This document shows positions 10,290 through 20,616 of a stretch of DNA of 64,000 nt, piece after piece; position 1 is the first letter of the stretch, and each line of letters begins with the position of its first letter. The notes beneath the pieces were generated by a model, which saw nothing but the letters and a program-made list of their open reading frames with translations, did not search any database and was not told where the DNA came from. A program made the position numbers and the translations under genes. Source of the DNA: a bacterium (GTDB lineage Bacteria; Babelota; Babeliae; Babelales; Vermiphilaceae). Location of the stretch: positions 41,622 through 105,621 of the forward strand of contig JAJYDS010000001.1 in NCBI GenBank assembly GCA_021777215.1. Direction: 5' to 3'.

Positions 10290-10919
10290 ATGATGGTGCC
10301 ACAGTGCCAAAAAAAAGAAGGGTTACGGGGGCGGGTTGTTCCTATAATTGTGGGTATAGTTTTTGCCGTATTGCTCGTCATTACCGGCTTTAATTTTTTT
10401 TATCAGTCAAAAAGTTACTCAACTGAGTTGATAACACGTGATCTAAAACTTTTGCAAGATACATTTTTGCTTGTTGATAAGCAGTGTAAAATTATTGGTT
10501 TTGATTACCAAAAAAATCCCATTAATTTCCTTAATGTCGGTTCTTTTGAAGGCTCAGAAGTCGGCCCTATGAATTTGGCCTATCCAACCAAATGGCAAGG
10601 GCCATACGTAGAAAAAAATCCCACACAGCAAGGTCTTGAGTACCAAATTGTACGGACCAAAAAAGGATACTTCATCACCCCCGGTGATGGCGTGATACTC
10701 CCTAACGGTAAGACGATAGGCAAAGATGTTGTTCTTGATGAGAGCGCTGACATTGCGGCTATGATGAAAGAGGGAGGCATGCTTCAATTTAAAGGGCAAG
10801 CATTGGCCGCGCCGCTGCATTTACAAACAGGTGTTTGGCAAAAGGTTATTCAAGAGTTGGCAGATGAGCCTGTTGAAGTAGGTATGGCCTCTCAAGAAGC
10901 TCCCGTACATATGAGCTGA
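10290..10919 (+). CDS. hypothetical membrane-anchored protein
   Basis: 209 aa. One N-terminal TM segment (VVPIIVGIVFAVLLVITGFNFF) followed by a soluble domain. AAAGGAGAG lies upstream of the ATG. No recognisable family. Confidence 0.55.
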   Translation: MMVPQCQKKEGLRGRVVPIIVGIVFAVLLVITGFNFFYQSKSYSTELITRDLKLLQDTFLLVDKQCKIIGFDYQKNPINFLNVGSFEGSEVGPMNLAYPTKWQGPYVEKNPTQQGLEYQIVRTKKGYFITPGDGVILPNGKTIGKDVVLDESADIAAMMKEGGMLQFKGQALAAPLHLQTGVWQKVIQELADEPVEVGMASQEAPVHMS

Positions 10920-10925
10920 AAAATC

Positions 10926-13376
10926 TTAGATTAGTTTTAAAAACTGTGCATCTATTTTTTTGGTGCCGGCTTTGAAAAGTACGGTAATAATTGTTTTGCC
11001 CATTAATTTTGCTTCAACTTCCTGGACGATGCCGGTACCAAATGTTGCGTGCTCTACGGGGCTGTTTTTCTTGAATTGGCACATGCTGCCACCAGTACGC
11101 TCGGTTGTTTTTTCCTGCATAGTTTTAAGGGCTTGTTTTTGTAGGAGTGCAGCTTTTTTGGTACTCGACAATCTGCTTTTTTGTTCGGCGTTGGTTGCCG
11201 GTTTATGCACTTTTTGAGCTGTTGCTTTTAGTGTATGGGAACTGCTAAAGCTTTTTTGTTGACCAATGGGCTTGTTTGCATATGTGTGACTCTCGTTGAA
11301 AGAAGAGAATGAACTTTCTGCTGGTTGCGGCGAGCCAAACGTAAGTACTGGTGAGGGTGTATATGTTTGTGTTCCTGCGCCAAGCCAGTGCGAAAAATAG
11401 CTAACCATTTGTGGTTGCTTCCAATAGGAACAATCTTCCATGGGCAAAAGATTTTTAGGAATTTCTTGCAAAAAGCGAGAGGCTATCTGGTCGGTCATGT
11501 TGCGATAGCCATAGCGATAGCGAGCATGTGAGATTAAGAGTCGTTCTTTTGCTCGGGTGATTCCCACGTAGAAAAGTCGACGTTCTTCTTCGATTTTGTC
11601 TTGCGCATACTCAGCGCGAATGCTTGGCATAAGGCCATCTTCAAGTCCTACGAGTGCTACTAGATCAAATTCCAATCCTTTAGCAGCGTGATAGGTCATA
11701 AGTTTTACCGTCGTTGGATCGTCTTTTTTTTTGTGAATGTTTTCTTGCATAAGAGCAACTTCATCAAGGAGTTTGTCGATTGAGTCAGTTCCATTGATTT
11801 CAAAATGAGCCATGGCATTGAGCAGCTCTTTTATATTTTCATTGCGTTCTTTGGCATTTTCAGCTTCGTAGGTTGTTTTGAGATACCCTAAGTATCCCGT
11901 TCTGAGGAGAATTTTTTCCAAAGCTTGTGCTGGTTTATCAGTGCCTGAAAGTCCATCAAAAATAGTAATAAATTGATCTAATGCGTCGAGTTTTGTCTGC
12001 GGAAGCAATTTTTCTTCGATTACTTTTTTCAGGACATCAATAAAAGTTAAAAAAGGTTCAGCGTGCCAGAGAGCGAAAAAGAGTTCTTCGCTCTTTTCGC
12101 CCAGTCCGCGCTGCGGCGTATTTATTATTCTAAAAAAAGAGGCGTGATCAAATGGATTTACTACCAAGCGTAAATAAGCCAGTAGATCTTTTATTTCCAA
12201 TCGTTCATAAAACTGTACGCCACCGATTATGGTATAGGCGATTGAGTTTTTAAGGAGAGATTCTTCAAGCGCTCGAGATTGAAAGTGGGTGCGATAGAGT
12301 ATCGCAGCGGTTGTCTCTTTTTTTGCGCCCTTGGCTACTTTTATTGCATTAGCAATGACATCTGCTTCTTGATATTCGGATAAGCAAGAAAGTGCGCGAA
12401 TACGGTCAGTTCCTTGTTTTGCTGACCATAGTTTTTTAGGGTTGCGCTGCTCATTGTTTATGATAACCGCATTGGCGGCTTCTAAGATGGGGCGTGCTGA
12501 GCGATAGTTTTGTTCAATTTTTATGGTGATAGTGTTAGGAAAATCTTTTTGTATATTGAGAATGTTGGTTACGGTAGCGCCGCGCCATGAGTAAATTGAT
12601 TGATCTTCATCGCCGACGATACAGATTGACTCTACCCCCATCTGTTTTGCATCTTTTTTAGCCATATGCTTGAGGAGCTCGTGCTGTACAACATTGGTGT
12701 CTTGATACTCATCGACCAAAATATGCTGAATGTGCTCCTGATGCTCTTGTTTAAATTCAGGATAACGAGAAAAGAGGTGCAATGCCTTGAGGAGTAGATC
12801 GTCAAAATCGAGGCAACGGCTTGCTGTTTTTTCTTGTTCATAAGCACCATAGAGCTGGTGAAGCAATGGATTCATTTTGTAGAGTTGATCTACTATTTCT
12901 CCATCAAGTGCATTATTTTTTATGCGAGAAATTTGCCAGGATAATTCTTTGGGAGATACTTCTTTAACCAGACCATGTTGTTTGAGGATGCCCTTGAGGA
13001 GCTTTTGCTGATCATCTTCATCCAGGATTGAAAAAAAAGGCGATTCAAGTAGGGCCGGATTGCTCTTAAGCAGGTGAAGGCAATAAGAATGGAACGTGCC
13101 TATCCATGGCAGGCGTTGTGTTTTATCTAAAAAAGAGCCAACGCGTTCTTGCATTTCTTTGGCAGCTTTATTAGTAAAGGTGAGCGCAACAATCGATTGC
13201 GGTAATACCTGCTCGTTTACGATTAAATTGGTAATACGCGCAGTTATAACACGGGTTTTTCCCGAACCAGCACCAGCAGAAACCAAAAAAGCACCACTTT
13301 TTTGTATAACGGCTTTTTTCTGTTCGGTATTTAAATTTTTTTCGATAAATTCGTTAAACGATTGTGCGTGTGACAT
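10926..13376 (-). CDS. pcrA: ATP-dependent DNA helicase, UvrD/PcrA/Rep family
   Basis: 816 aa. SF1 motifs: AGAGSGKTRVITARI (Walker A), LTFTNKAAKEMQERV, ILVDEYQDTN, NYRS, LMTYHAAKGLEFD, LFYVGITRAKERL. C-terminal Tudor-like tail (VEHATFGTGIVQEVE). Confidence 0.92.
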   Translation of the reverse strand: MSHAQSFNEFIEKNLNTEQKKAVIQKSGAFLVSAGAGSGKTRVITARITNLIVNEQVLPQSIVALTFTNKAAKEMQERVGSFLDKTQRLPWIGTFHSYCLHLLKSNPALLESPFFSILDEDDQQKLLKGILKQHGLVKEVSPKELSWQISRIKNNALDGEIVDQLYKMNPLLHQLYGAYEQEKTASRCLDFDDLLLKALHLFSRYPEFKQEHQEHIQHILVDEYQDTNVVQHELLKHMAKKDAKQMGVESICIVGDEDQSIYSWRGATVTNILNIQKDFPNTITIKIEQNYRSARPILEAANAVIINNEQRNPKKLWSAKQGTDRIRALSCLSEYQEADVIANAIKVAKGAKKETTAAILYRTHFQSRALEESLLKNSIAYTIIGGVQFYERLEIKDLLAYLRLVVNPFDHASFFRIINTPQRGLGEKSEELFFALWHAEPFLTFIDVLKKVIEEKLLPQTKLDALDQFITIFDGLSGTDKPAQALEKILLRTGYLGYLKTTYEAENAKERNENIKELLNAMAHFEINGTDSIDKLLDEVALMQENIHKKKDDPTTVKLMTYHAAKGLEFDLVALVGLEDGLMPSIRAEYAQDKIEEERRLFYVGITRAKERLLISHARYRYGYRNMTDQIASRFLQEIPKNLLPMEDCSYWKQPQMVSYFSHWLGAGTQTYTPSPVLTFGSPQPAESSFSSFNESHTYANKPIGQQKSFSSSHTLKATAQKVHKPATNAEQKSRLSSTKKAALLQKQALKTMQEKTTERTGGSMCQFKKNSPVEHATFGTGIVQEVEAKLMGKTIITVLFKAGTKKIDAQFLKLI

Positions 13377-13468
13377 GCGGACCCAATACTATAGCCTGTT
13401 TTTCATGTGCAAGTCAGTGTACCATAGGCTCTCATATATTGTAATCACTGGTATTTTTAAGGGGGCGT

Positions 13469-14794
13469 TTATATTTCAGTGGCAAGCGAATACAGAGGAA
13501 TTTTGTCCCTTATTATTTTTTCTAATTCGTGAGATATAGCGGTAAACACTGTTTGCCAATCTCCCATTTTGGGTTGTCTGAATAAACGCATTGTTGGGTA
13601 CCAGGGAGAGTCGTCACGATCAAAAAACCAGCGCCAGTCACAATCATAGGGGAGCATGACCCAAACAGGAATGCCCAGACCTCCTGCCAAATGGGCTAAT
13701 GAGGTATCGGTGGTTATAACTAAGTTGAGGTTTTTCATGATCGCGGCGGTGTCCATAAAGCTTCCATGGTCACTATCGAAATTCGGTCCAAAATCAACGA
13801 TACACTGAGCCTGCGGCGTGGTTTGAAGATCTTGTGTGCCGTTTTTTACCAGGCTATAAAAATGTGTGTGCGGTATGCGGGTCAGATGTTCTACAAAAGG
13901 AGCGAGTGGTATGTTTTTTTGCAAAGTGGCGCGCCAGCAAATACCTACTCTAAACTGAGTGTTGGGGGCCATTTTTTGTTGCCATTCTCGCACGAGTGCT
14001 TGATCAGCGTATAAATAAGGAATGTCTGCAGGGATGGTCTTGACGGTGGTTTTAAAAACAAGAGGGGTGCTCAAGAGAGGAATACGGGTATCAGCTTTTG
14101 GCAGACGGTCACCTTGTTTGATAACTGAGTCAATATACGGGCACAAGGAAAAAAGTTTGACCAGGGAGCCAAACGTTTGCACGTAGACGGTTGCACCCAG
14201 CTGTTTGAGCGCCTTGGCATAGCGTACAAACTGGAGCATGTCTCCTTGTCCCCATTCGGCAATCAGAATAATTTTTTTACTTGCAAGGGAAGAAAGGTTT
14301 AGGCTCGGATATTTGAAGTACTGGTGAAATTCTTGCCAATTATCCAGGCGATATTCAAATTCGTTCCATGCGGTCTCAAATTGTCCTAAAGAGAGTAAGG
14401 TTCCCGCCTTTCCCAAGTGTGCATCTTGATGATTATTGTTTAATGCCAAGACGGTATTGTAGGTGGCAAGAGCCTCATGAAGAAGATGGTTGTGCCGTTG
14501 GCAATACGCAAGGTTATACAAGGCTGTTATTGATTCGGGATTTTTACTAATAATGGCTTGAAAGTGTTTTATTGCGTTTTCGTAGTCGCGCTGATGTGCA
14601 AAGATAATACCCAGGTTGTAATGCGCATTCCAATCTTCTTGATTTTTTTCAATGGCTTGCTGATATAAAAAGATTGTTTTTTGGGGAGAGCCTTTTTTTT
14701 CTTGCGCGCTTGTCAGGGCGTGATCATTGCCCCTTGAGATAAAAAACAATGCGCTAGTCGCAAGTAGTGTGGTTATTAAAAAGTTTTTTTTCAT
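13469..14794 (-). CDS. exported TPR repeat + GT9 (heptosyltransferase)-like glycosyltransferase, 1 module
   Basis: 441 aa. Hydrophobic N-terminus MKKNFLITTLLATSALFFIS. TPR-like repeats (AHYNLGIIFAHQRDYENAIKHFQAI, ALYNLAYC). GT-B N-lobe ILIAEWGQGDMLQFVRYAKALKQLGATVYVQT..LCPYIDSVI. C-lobe FMDTAAIMKNLNLVITTDTSLAHLAGGLGIPVWVMLP..DWRW..PWYPTMRLFRQPKMGDW. Confidence 0.8.
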   Translation of the reverse strand: MKKNFLITTLLATSALFFISRGNDHALTSAQEKKGSPQKTIFLYQQAIEKNQEDWNAHYNLGIIFAHQRDYENAIKHFQAIISKNPESITALYNLAYCQRHNHLLHEALATYNTVLALNNNHQDAHLGKAGTLLSLGQFETAWNEFEYRLDNWQEFHQYFKYPSLNLSSLASKKIILIAEWGQGDMLQFVRYAKALKQLGATVYVQTFGSLVKLFSLCPYIDSVIKQGDRLPKADTRIPLLSTPLVFKTTVKTIPADIPYLYADQALVREWQQKMAPNTQFRVGICWRATLQKNIPLAPFVEHLTRIPHTHFYSLVKNGTQDLQTTPQAQCIVDFGPNFDSDHGSFMDTAAIMKNLNLVITTDTSLAHLAGGLGIPVWVMLPYDCDWRWFFDRDDSPWYPTMRLFRQPKMGDWQTVFTAISHELEKIIRDKIPLYSLATEI

Positions 14795-14854
14795 CTAATT
14801 TTCCCGTGATAATTGTTTGTATACTGTGGTTGCCTATTTATTTTTTGCCTGAGT

Positions 14855-16165
14855 TTAGAGCTGCTTTTTGAGCGTGAGTAGTTCCTGTAGTGCTTTTTTA
14901 ACATTGGCAACCACGGTGTTCCAGTCACCTGCTTTTGGTTGTCTAAAAAGGTGCATGGTTGGATACCAGGGACAATCGTCTCGTTGGGTAAGCCAGCGCC
15001 AATCGGCAACATAGGGTAGCAGCGTCCAAACGGGCACACCAAGGCCGCCAGCCAAGTGGGCGATTGAGGTGTCGATAGTTATAATAAGGTCAAGATTTTT
15101 CATAATCGCAGCGGTATCCATAAAGGCGCCATGCGCTTCATCTAATTCTTGATTGAAAGTGTTTACTATAAATCCTTCAGGGAGCGATTTTAGTTCATCA
15201 AGGCCGCTTGTTTTTTGGAGTGAAAAGAATTGTATCTGTTTAATTGCTGCTAATGGAGCTAAAAGAGAGAGCGGGATTGATTTATCGTGAACGAGTTTTT
15301 TTGCATACGTGTTTTCATAGAGATTTCCGTGCCAACATAAGCCAATTTTAAACGTGTTAGGGTTTTCCAATCGTGAGTGCCAAAGTTTTATCAAGTTTTG
15401 GTCAGCGTATAGATAGGGAATTTTATTTGGTATGGTGTTAAGATCTGTATCAAAGGCCCAGGGTAGACTCATAATAACGGTTGATAGGTCTTGTGGAGGT
15501 GTAGGTGATTGTTCATCAACGACCCGGTCTATATACGGACAGAGAGAGAAAATTTTAATCAGCTGTTTTTTTATTTTTACTATCACTTTCGCGCCGTTAT
15601 TTTTCACCTTTGCTGCATAGCGGATAAATTGGAACATGTCGCCAAAGCCGAGTTCCCCCTTGAGAAGTACGGTCTTTCCGGTGAGGTCGGGGTTGGTACG
15701 TATGGAGTTGGTAAACGTCAGTGAATCAGGGCGTTGTTCTGCCCAGCGGCATTCAAAATCGGGCCATGCTTTTCTGAGTTCACCAAGGGCAAGCAGTGCG
15801 TGCGATCGTCCTTGCAGGCCATCACGATTATTTGGATATTTGCTGAGGAATGTATCATACATCTGTAGGGCTTTGGTGAAGTTGCCCATTGATCGTAATA
15901 CAAAGCCGCTGGCGTAGAGCGCGGCAGAGTAATCAGGATTTTGAGAAAGAACGATGCTATATTCTTCCAGCGCTTTTTCAAATTCATCGCACTCGGCCCA
16001 GAGATTTCCAAGGAGAAAGTGCGCTTGCGTATTATGAGGGTGTATGCCAAGTTCTTTTTGGCACGCGACGATTGATTTGGCTATTTTTTTATCTATTTGG
16101 TCGTTGTTTTGTTGAGGGTATAGTGTAAGTGTACTTATCAAAAGAAAACTACAGATTTTTTTCAT
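14855..16165 (-). CDS. exported TPR + GT9-like glycosyltransferase, 1 module
   Basis: 436 aa. N-terminus MKKICSFLLISTLTLY. TPRs (AHFLLGNLWAECDEFEKALEEY). LLKGELGFGDMFQFIRYAAKVKNNGAKVIV..LCPYIDRVV. FMDTAAIMKNLDLIITIDTSIAHLAGGLGVPVWTLLP..DWRW..PWYPTMHLFRQPKAGDW. Confidence 0.8.
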   Translation of the reverse strand: MKKICSFLLISTLTLYPQQNNDQIDKKIAKSIVACQKELGIHPHNTQAHFLLGNLWAECDEFEKALEEYSIVLSQNPDYSAALYASGFVLRSMGNFTKALQMYDTFLSKYPNNRDGLQGRSHALLALGELRKAWPDFECRWAEQRPDSLTFTNSIRTNPDLTGKTVLLKGELGFGDMFQFIRYAAKVKNNGAKVIVKIKKQLIKIFSLCPYIDRVVDEQSPTPPQDLSTVIMSLPWAFDTDLNTIPNKIPYLYADQNLIKLWHSRLENPNTFKIGLCWHGNLYENTYAKKLVHDKSIPLSLLAPLAAIKQIQFFSLQKTSGLDELKSLPEGFIVNTFNQELDEAHGAFMDTAAIMKNLDLIITIDTSIAHLAGGLGVPVWTLLPYVADWRWLTQRDDCPWYPTMHLFRQPKAGDWNTVVANVKKALQELLTLKKQL

Positions 16166-16174
16166 GGGAGGCTT

Positions 16175-17944
16175 TCAGGCCTTTTGGGTGAGCGCGGTGA
16201 TTTCTTTAATAACGCCGTTTAGAACAGGTTGCCAATCGCCTGCTTTTGGTTGTCTAAACAGGCGCATGGTTGGATACCACGGGTAGTCAGGGCGATCGAT
16301 AAGCCAGCGGTAATCAGCGTGGACGGGGAGTAATGTCCAGACCGGCACTCCAAGAGCTCCTGCTACGTGTGCGACGCAACAGTCGAGAGTGATAACCAAA
16401 TCAAGATTTTTCATGAGTGCGGCAAGTTCTATGAGCCCTTCGTTATCTTCATTAAATCCTTTGCCACAGAGAGTAATTAAGTCGCGACAGGCGAATGCTG
16501 CACTCTCTTGTTCAGTTACTTGTTGGAGACAATAGACTGAAATGCCAGGGATTTTAGCTAGAGGAGCAAAGAGAGAAAAGGGGATACTTGCCAGTTCAGC
16601 CGGATCATATAGTTGTTGCTCATTTTTTTTCCATCGGATGCCTATTTTAAAGTTACTGTCGTGTTTTAGGAGGCTCTGCCAGTGAGTAACTAACTCTTGA
16701 GGGGCAATTAGATAGGGGATTGGGCTAGGGATGGTGTCGATGGTGGTCTGAAAAAGAGCGGGAAGGCTGGTTATGGGGATATAGGCATGATAAGCGGGTG
16801 CGATATTTTCATTAAAACCAACAACCGTATCTATAAAGGGACATGCTTTAAAAAGTGCCTCTAGTTGAGGGGGTGTTTGCATGATAACCGATCCGCCCGC
16901 GTCATGTATGGTTTTTGCATAACGGGCAAGTTGTACCATATCTTCAAGTATCCACTCGGCACCAATAAATATTTTTTTTCCTTTAATGTGGCTTTTATTG
17001 GTAAGTAATCGAGCTCCATGGGGATTGGTCAACTGATTATAGTGCGCCATAAGTTGCCATCCAAGAGGGTAGTGTCCGAGTGTCAGATAGGTTTTTGCTA
17101 GCCCTAGTGTGGCGTGTGCATGATTGGGACTTTGATTTAAAATGGTTTGAAAAAGTTCTTCTGCTTTAGCGAGATTGCCTCCCTTACGGTGTGCATTGCC
17201 CATAGCATAAAAAAGGGATGCTTTTTTTTGTGCGGGAACATAAGGTTGCAGTTGTTCATACAGAGCGATTGCTGAGTCGGTTCTTCCTAGTTTAACAAGC
17301 AGCGCTGCTTTTCCCAGTAATGCTTGAGGATGATTTTTGTACAGCGTAAGAAGCTGATCATAGGTGGCGATTGCTTCTTCTATATGAGAGATTTTTTCTA
17401 AAGTCTGAGCTTTGTTAAGATAGGCTTGGCTGTTTTTGGGATTTACCGTCAGAACGTTATTGTAGCTTTCAATTGCCTTGAGAAAGTTTTCCTGTCGCAC
17501 AAAAAGGTTTCCCAGCTGCAGATAGCCTTGTTCCGTGGGATTTAGTCCCAGTATTTGTTGTTGATAATAGATGCTTTTTTCTATGTTGCCAAGTGCGGCG
17601 TATGCAGTATAGAGTTGGTTAATTACTTCGGTAGTTGTGTTGTTATGTGCGGCATACTGCTCAAGATAAGAAATAGCCTGTGGGTATTCATTACTTTTTA
17701 AAAATGTGGTGCCTAATTGATAGAGTGCTTCTTGATTGTGAGGGTTCTGTTCAATTGTCTTTTTATAATACGCGAGCGCCTCTATTTGTTTGTTGTTAGC
17801 TGTTAGTGCTTGGGCCAACTGCAAGTATGCCTGTTCTAATCCAATAGTGGGTGCGGGAGTATTGCCGCTATACGTGAGATGAACCATGCACATACTGAGT
17901 GTGTATGCGACCTTGCTTGGCAAGAATTTTTTTGCATACCTCAC
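16175..17944 (-). CDS. TPR-rich + GT9-like glycosyltransferase, 1 module (long TPR arm)
   Basis: 589 aa. About 7-8 TPR-like repeats, then IFIGAEWILEDMVQLARYAKTIHDAGGSVIMQT..ACPFIDTVV and LIELAALMKNLDLVITLDCCVAHVAGALGVPVWTLLP..DYRW..PWYPTMRLFRQPKAGDW. The N-terminus is only moderately hydrophobic (VAYTLSMCMVHLTY). Confidence 0.78.
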   Translation of the reverse strand: MRYAKKFLPSKVAYTLSMCMVHLTYSGNTPAPTIGLEQAYLQLAQALTANNKQIEALAYYKKTIEQNPHNQEALYQLGTTFLKSNEYPQAISYLEQYAAHNNTTTEVINQLYTAYAALGNIEKSIYYQQQILGLNPTEQGYLQLGNLFVRQENFLKAIESYNNVLTVNPKNSQAYLNKAQTLEKISHIEEAIATYDQLLTLYKNHPQALLGKAALLVKLGRTDSAIALYEQLQPYVPAQKKASLFYAMGNAHRKGGNLAKAEELFQTILNQSPNHAHATLGLAKTYLTLGHYPLGWQLMAHYNQLTNPHGARLLTNKSHIKGKKIFIGAEWILEDMVQLARYAKTIHDAGGSVIMQTPPQLEALFKACPFIDTVVGFNENIAPAYHAYIPITSLPALFQTTIDTIPSPIPYLIAPQELVTHWQSLLKHDSNFKIGIRWKKNEQQLYDPAELASIPFSLFAPLAKIPGISVYCLQQVTEQESAAFACRDLITLCGKGFNEDNEGLIELAALMKNLDLVITLDCCVAHVAGALGVPVWTLLPVHADYRWLIDRPDYPWYPTMRLFRQPKAGDWQPVLNGVIKEITALTQKA

Positions 17945-17991
17945 GATATATTCCTTTTTTTAAACAGATATTTGTTTGCGCTCACAGTTTT

Positions 17992-20616
17992 TTAACGAGC
18001 AGTTTCTTTTTTTAAAATATGTACCGGTAATTCATCAATAATACGGTGTATAACAGAAACCCAATCACCTTCTTTTTGCTGCCTAAATAATCGCATAGTT
18101 GGATACCAAGGAGAGTCTTCTCTGTTTATAAACCAACGCCAGTCGGCAGTTTTGCAAATCAAAGTCCATACAGGTACCCCAAGAGCACCAGCTAAGTGTG
18201 CAATTGAAGTATCAACAGAAATAACTAAATCGAGGCTTTTCATGACAGCAGCAGTGTCCATGAAGCGACCGTTTTTTTTATCAAACAGGGTGTCAAATGT
18301 ATAAAAATTGGGGCATTGATTAAGAGGCTTGATGTCTGCATTTCTTTGTAAATTGTAAAAGCTGATGAAGGGAAATTCATCTATGAGTTTTTTTATTGTA
18401 TTGATAGGTATTGAGCGTGGGCATGGGATTGGTTTCCCTGTTTTTTCATCTTCATACATTTGAGCCTTCCAAGAGATGCCGATTTTAAATTGAGTATCGC
18501 TTGCTACTATGGCGGCCCATTTTTTTACCAGAGCAGGGTCAGGATGGATGTAGGGAATGTTAGCCGGGATCGTTTCGAGGGATACATCTAAGTCTTCACG
18601 CATTTTTGCGATATTTGTGTAGTAATCAAATGGGGGAACAGGTTCTTGTTGTGAGACGATTTTATCAAAAAATGGGCAGCGTGAAAGAAGTGGTATAATT
18701 TCTGGTCGGGCATAAAAGACAATGTATGCTCCACGTTTTTTGAGTGTTTCTGCATGCCGTATAAATTGGAATAGGTCACCATAGCCACCAGTATCTTTAA
18801 CCATAATGGTTTTCCCTTGAGGGGTGCGGTCATAGAGCCGGTGTTCATTATCAATGGAGGGGTCTTGGCGATCTAGAGAGCGAAATTGTGCCCAACCTTC
18901 TTGTAGGTGCCCCAATGTTAGGTACGTATAACCCAATTTTTCGCGAGCTCTGACATATGAAGGAGCAATCGCAATGGCTTTTTTAAATTCTTGAACAGCG
19001 ATATCTAATTTGCCCAGATCTTTGGCCATGAAGCCGACATTGAAGGGATAATCGGGGTTGTTGGGGAAAGCCTGGGCTGCTTTTTGAAAAAACTGTAAGG
19101 CTGATTCTTTATCGTTGAGGGTATAGTACGTGAGGGCTATTATTGGCAATAGTTCTTTTTTATCGGGCATACACTCAAGAGCTTGGATGTAACAGCGCAA
19201 GCTCTTGGTATAGTTGAGCTCCTTATTGTGTTGCGCGGCTTGTAAAATAAAATTTTTATATTTTTCGGTCAGAGATTGTTTTTTTTGTTCAAGTAATGGG
19301 GTTAATGCCGTAGATATTTGGGCTACGACAGAATCCCAGTCGCCTTTTTTTGGCTGCCTGAATAATCGCATACTTGGGTACCAGGGCGAGTCTTCGCGAG
19401 CGGTAAACCAACGCCAATCAGCTGCATGGCGGAGCATCGTCCAAACTGGTATGCCAAGGGCGCCGGCCAAGTGAGCTATAGAGGTGTCGACGGTGATAAC
19501 CAGATCCATATTTTTCATGAGGGCTGCGGTATCCATAAATCTACCGTGTTCAGCATCCATTTCAGAAGTAAAGTCGATAATCTTATTAAAAAAAGGTTCA
19601 TGAGTATACTCGCTCAGTCCGTGTACTTTTTGAAGGCTGTAGCACGCAATTCCCGGTATTTCGAGTATGTGGGCGAGCTTTTTTAATGGTATTGATCGAT
19701 CGCTTGGGCGACTTTTTGTTTCATAGTAATCAACAACGCGATTTGATTCCCAGAATATGCCTATTTTGAATGTTTGGTTAGAGCCTATTTTTTTATGCCA
19801 GAATTCTTCGAGCTTTTTATCTGCATAGAGATAAGCGTTTGTAAATGCCTGCTTGTTGGTGTTTGCTAGCACTTTGAGTGCCATGTTACAGAGACTAGGT
19901 TTGTATATTTGTGTGTGGGGGGAAAGGGGTTGAGTTGTTGGTATGATCGTGTCAATGTAGGGACAAAGGGAGAGCAAGGGGGATAGATCTGAAGATGTCT
20001 GGACAATAACGGTTGCCCCTAGTTCCTTTAAAATTTTGGCGTAACGAAGCATTTGAATTTTATCCCCAATGCCCAATCCATCTTCTACTAAGGGAATAGT
20101 GTATGTGGCGTCAATAAGTGATTGTCCATACCATGGTATATCTTGTTGTGGCCATCGGGAAATCACGGTGCTTATCTCTTGACGTCGCAAATAATATTCC
20201 ATCAGCTTTGTGTTGAGGTAGGCGTGATTGGGGTCTATTTTGATTGCTTTTTCAAGGGAGTCTTTTTCCTCATCAAGCATTCCTGCGGCACGATAGACGA
20301 GTGCTAGGGTTTCATGAACTATGAATGAGTTGGGGCAGACTTGTGCGAGTTTTGTGAGGTAGAAAATTGATTTATCTCTGTTGCCAGCGTAGTGCTCTAT
20401 CCTCCCTAAATGAAATAAAATGGTAGGGTCGCACGGCTTTATCTGGAGAGCTTTTTCGTAATTCTCCAATGCTTGCGGTATTTTTTTTTGATTTTCGTAT
20501 GCTTCTGCTTTGGTACAATATTCTTGTGCCGTTTGAGGTTCTTTGTTTTCTGAACCAGGAAGTAGGGAAGCGGTGAGTGTTGTGAGTAGAAAAAGACTGT
20601 ATTTTATTTTTTTCAT
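17992..20616 (-). CDS. exported protein with two tandem TPR + GT9-like modules
   Basis: I prefer the Met at 20616 (MKKIKYSLFLLTTLTASLL). Its ATG overlaps the TGA of the upstream gene as ATGA (20613-20616). The first module ends in PWYPSMRLFRQPKKGDW (DNA near 19335-19386). The second ends in PWYPTMRLFRQQKEGDW (near 18061-18111). Each has its own GDxxQxxRYA N-lobe and DTSIAHLAGALG C-lobe. Confidence 0.8.
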   Translation of the reverse strand: MKKIKYSLFLLTTLTASLLPGSENKEPQTAQEYCTKAEAYENQKKIPQALENYEKALQIKPCDPTILFHLGRIEHYAGNRDKSIFYLTKLAQVCPNSFIVHETLALVYRAAGMLDEEKDSLEKAIKIDPNHAYLNTKLMEYYLRRQEISTVISRWPQQDIPWYGQSLIDATYTIPLVEDGLGIGDKIQMLRYAKILKELGATVIVQTSSDLSPLLSLCPYIDTIIPTTQPLSPHTQIYKPSLCNMALKVLANTNKQAFTNAYLYADKKLEEFWHKKIGSNQTFKIGIFWESNRVVDYYETKSRPSDRSIPLKKLAHILEIPGIACYSLQKVHGLSEYTHEPFFNKIIDFTSEMDAEHGRFMDTAALMKNMDLVITVDTSIAHLAGALGIPVWTMLRHAADWRWFTAREDSPWYPSMRLFRQPKKGDWDSVVAQISTALTPLLEQKKQSLTEKYKNFILQAAQHNKELNYTKSLRCYIQALECMPDKKELLPIIALTYYTLNDKESALQFFQKAAQAFPNNPDYPFNVGFMAKDLGKLDIAVQEFKKAIAIAPSYVRAREKLGYTYLTLGHLQEGWAQFRSLDRQDPSIDNEHRLYDRTPQGKTIMVKDTGGYGDLFQFIRHAETLKKRGAYIVFYARPEIIPLLSRCPFFDKIVSQQEPVPPFDYYTNIAKMREDLDVSLETIPANIPYIHPDPALVKKWAAIVASDTQFKIGISWKAQMYEDEKTGKPIPCPRSIPINTIKKLIDEFPFISFYNLQRNADIKPLNQCPNFYTFDTLFDKKNGRFMDTAAVMKSLDLVISVDTSIAHLAGALGVPVWTLICKTADWRWFINREDSPWYPTMRLFRQQKEGDWVSVIHRIIDELPVHILKKETAR

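Noticed and set aside
10290-10919. Possible type II secretion / type IV pseudopilin (GspG-like) because of an N-terminal TM plus a W.GPY-containing domain
   Set aside because: The prepilin cleavage/methylation motif (G-F/M-T-L-I-E) is absent and the similarity is limited to a few residues. It is kept as hypothetical.
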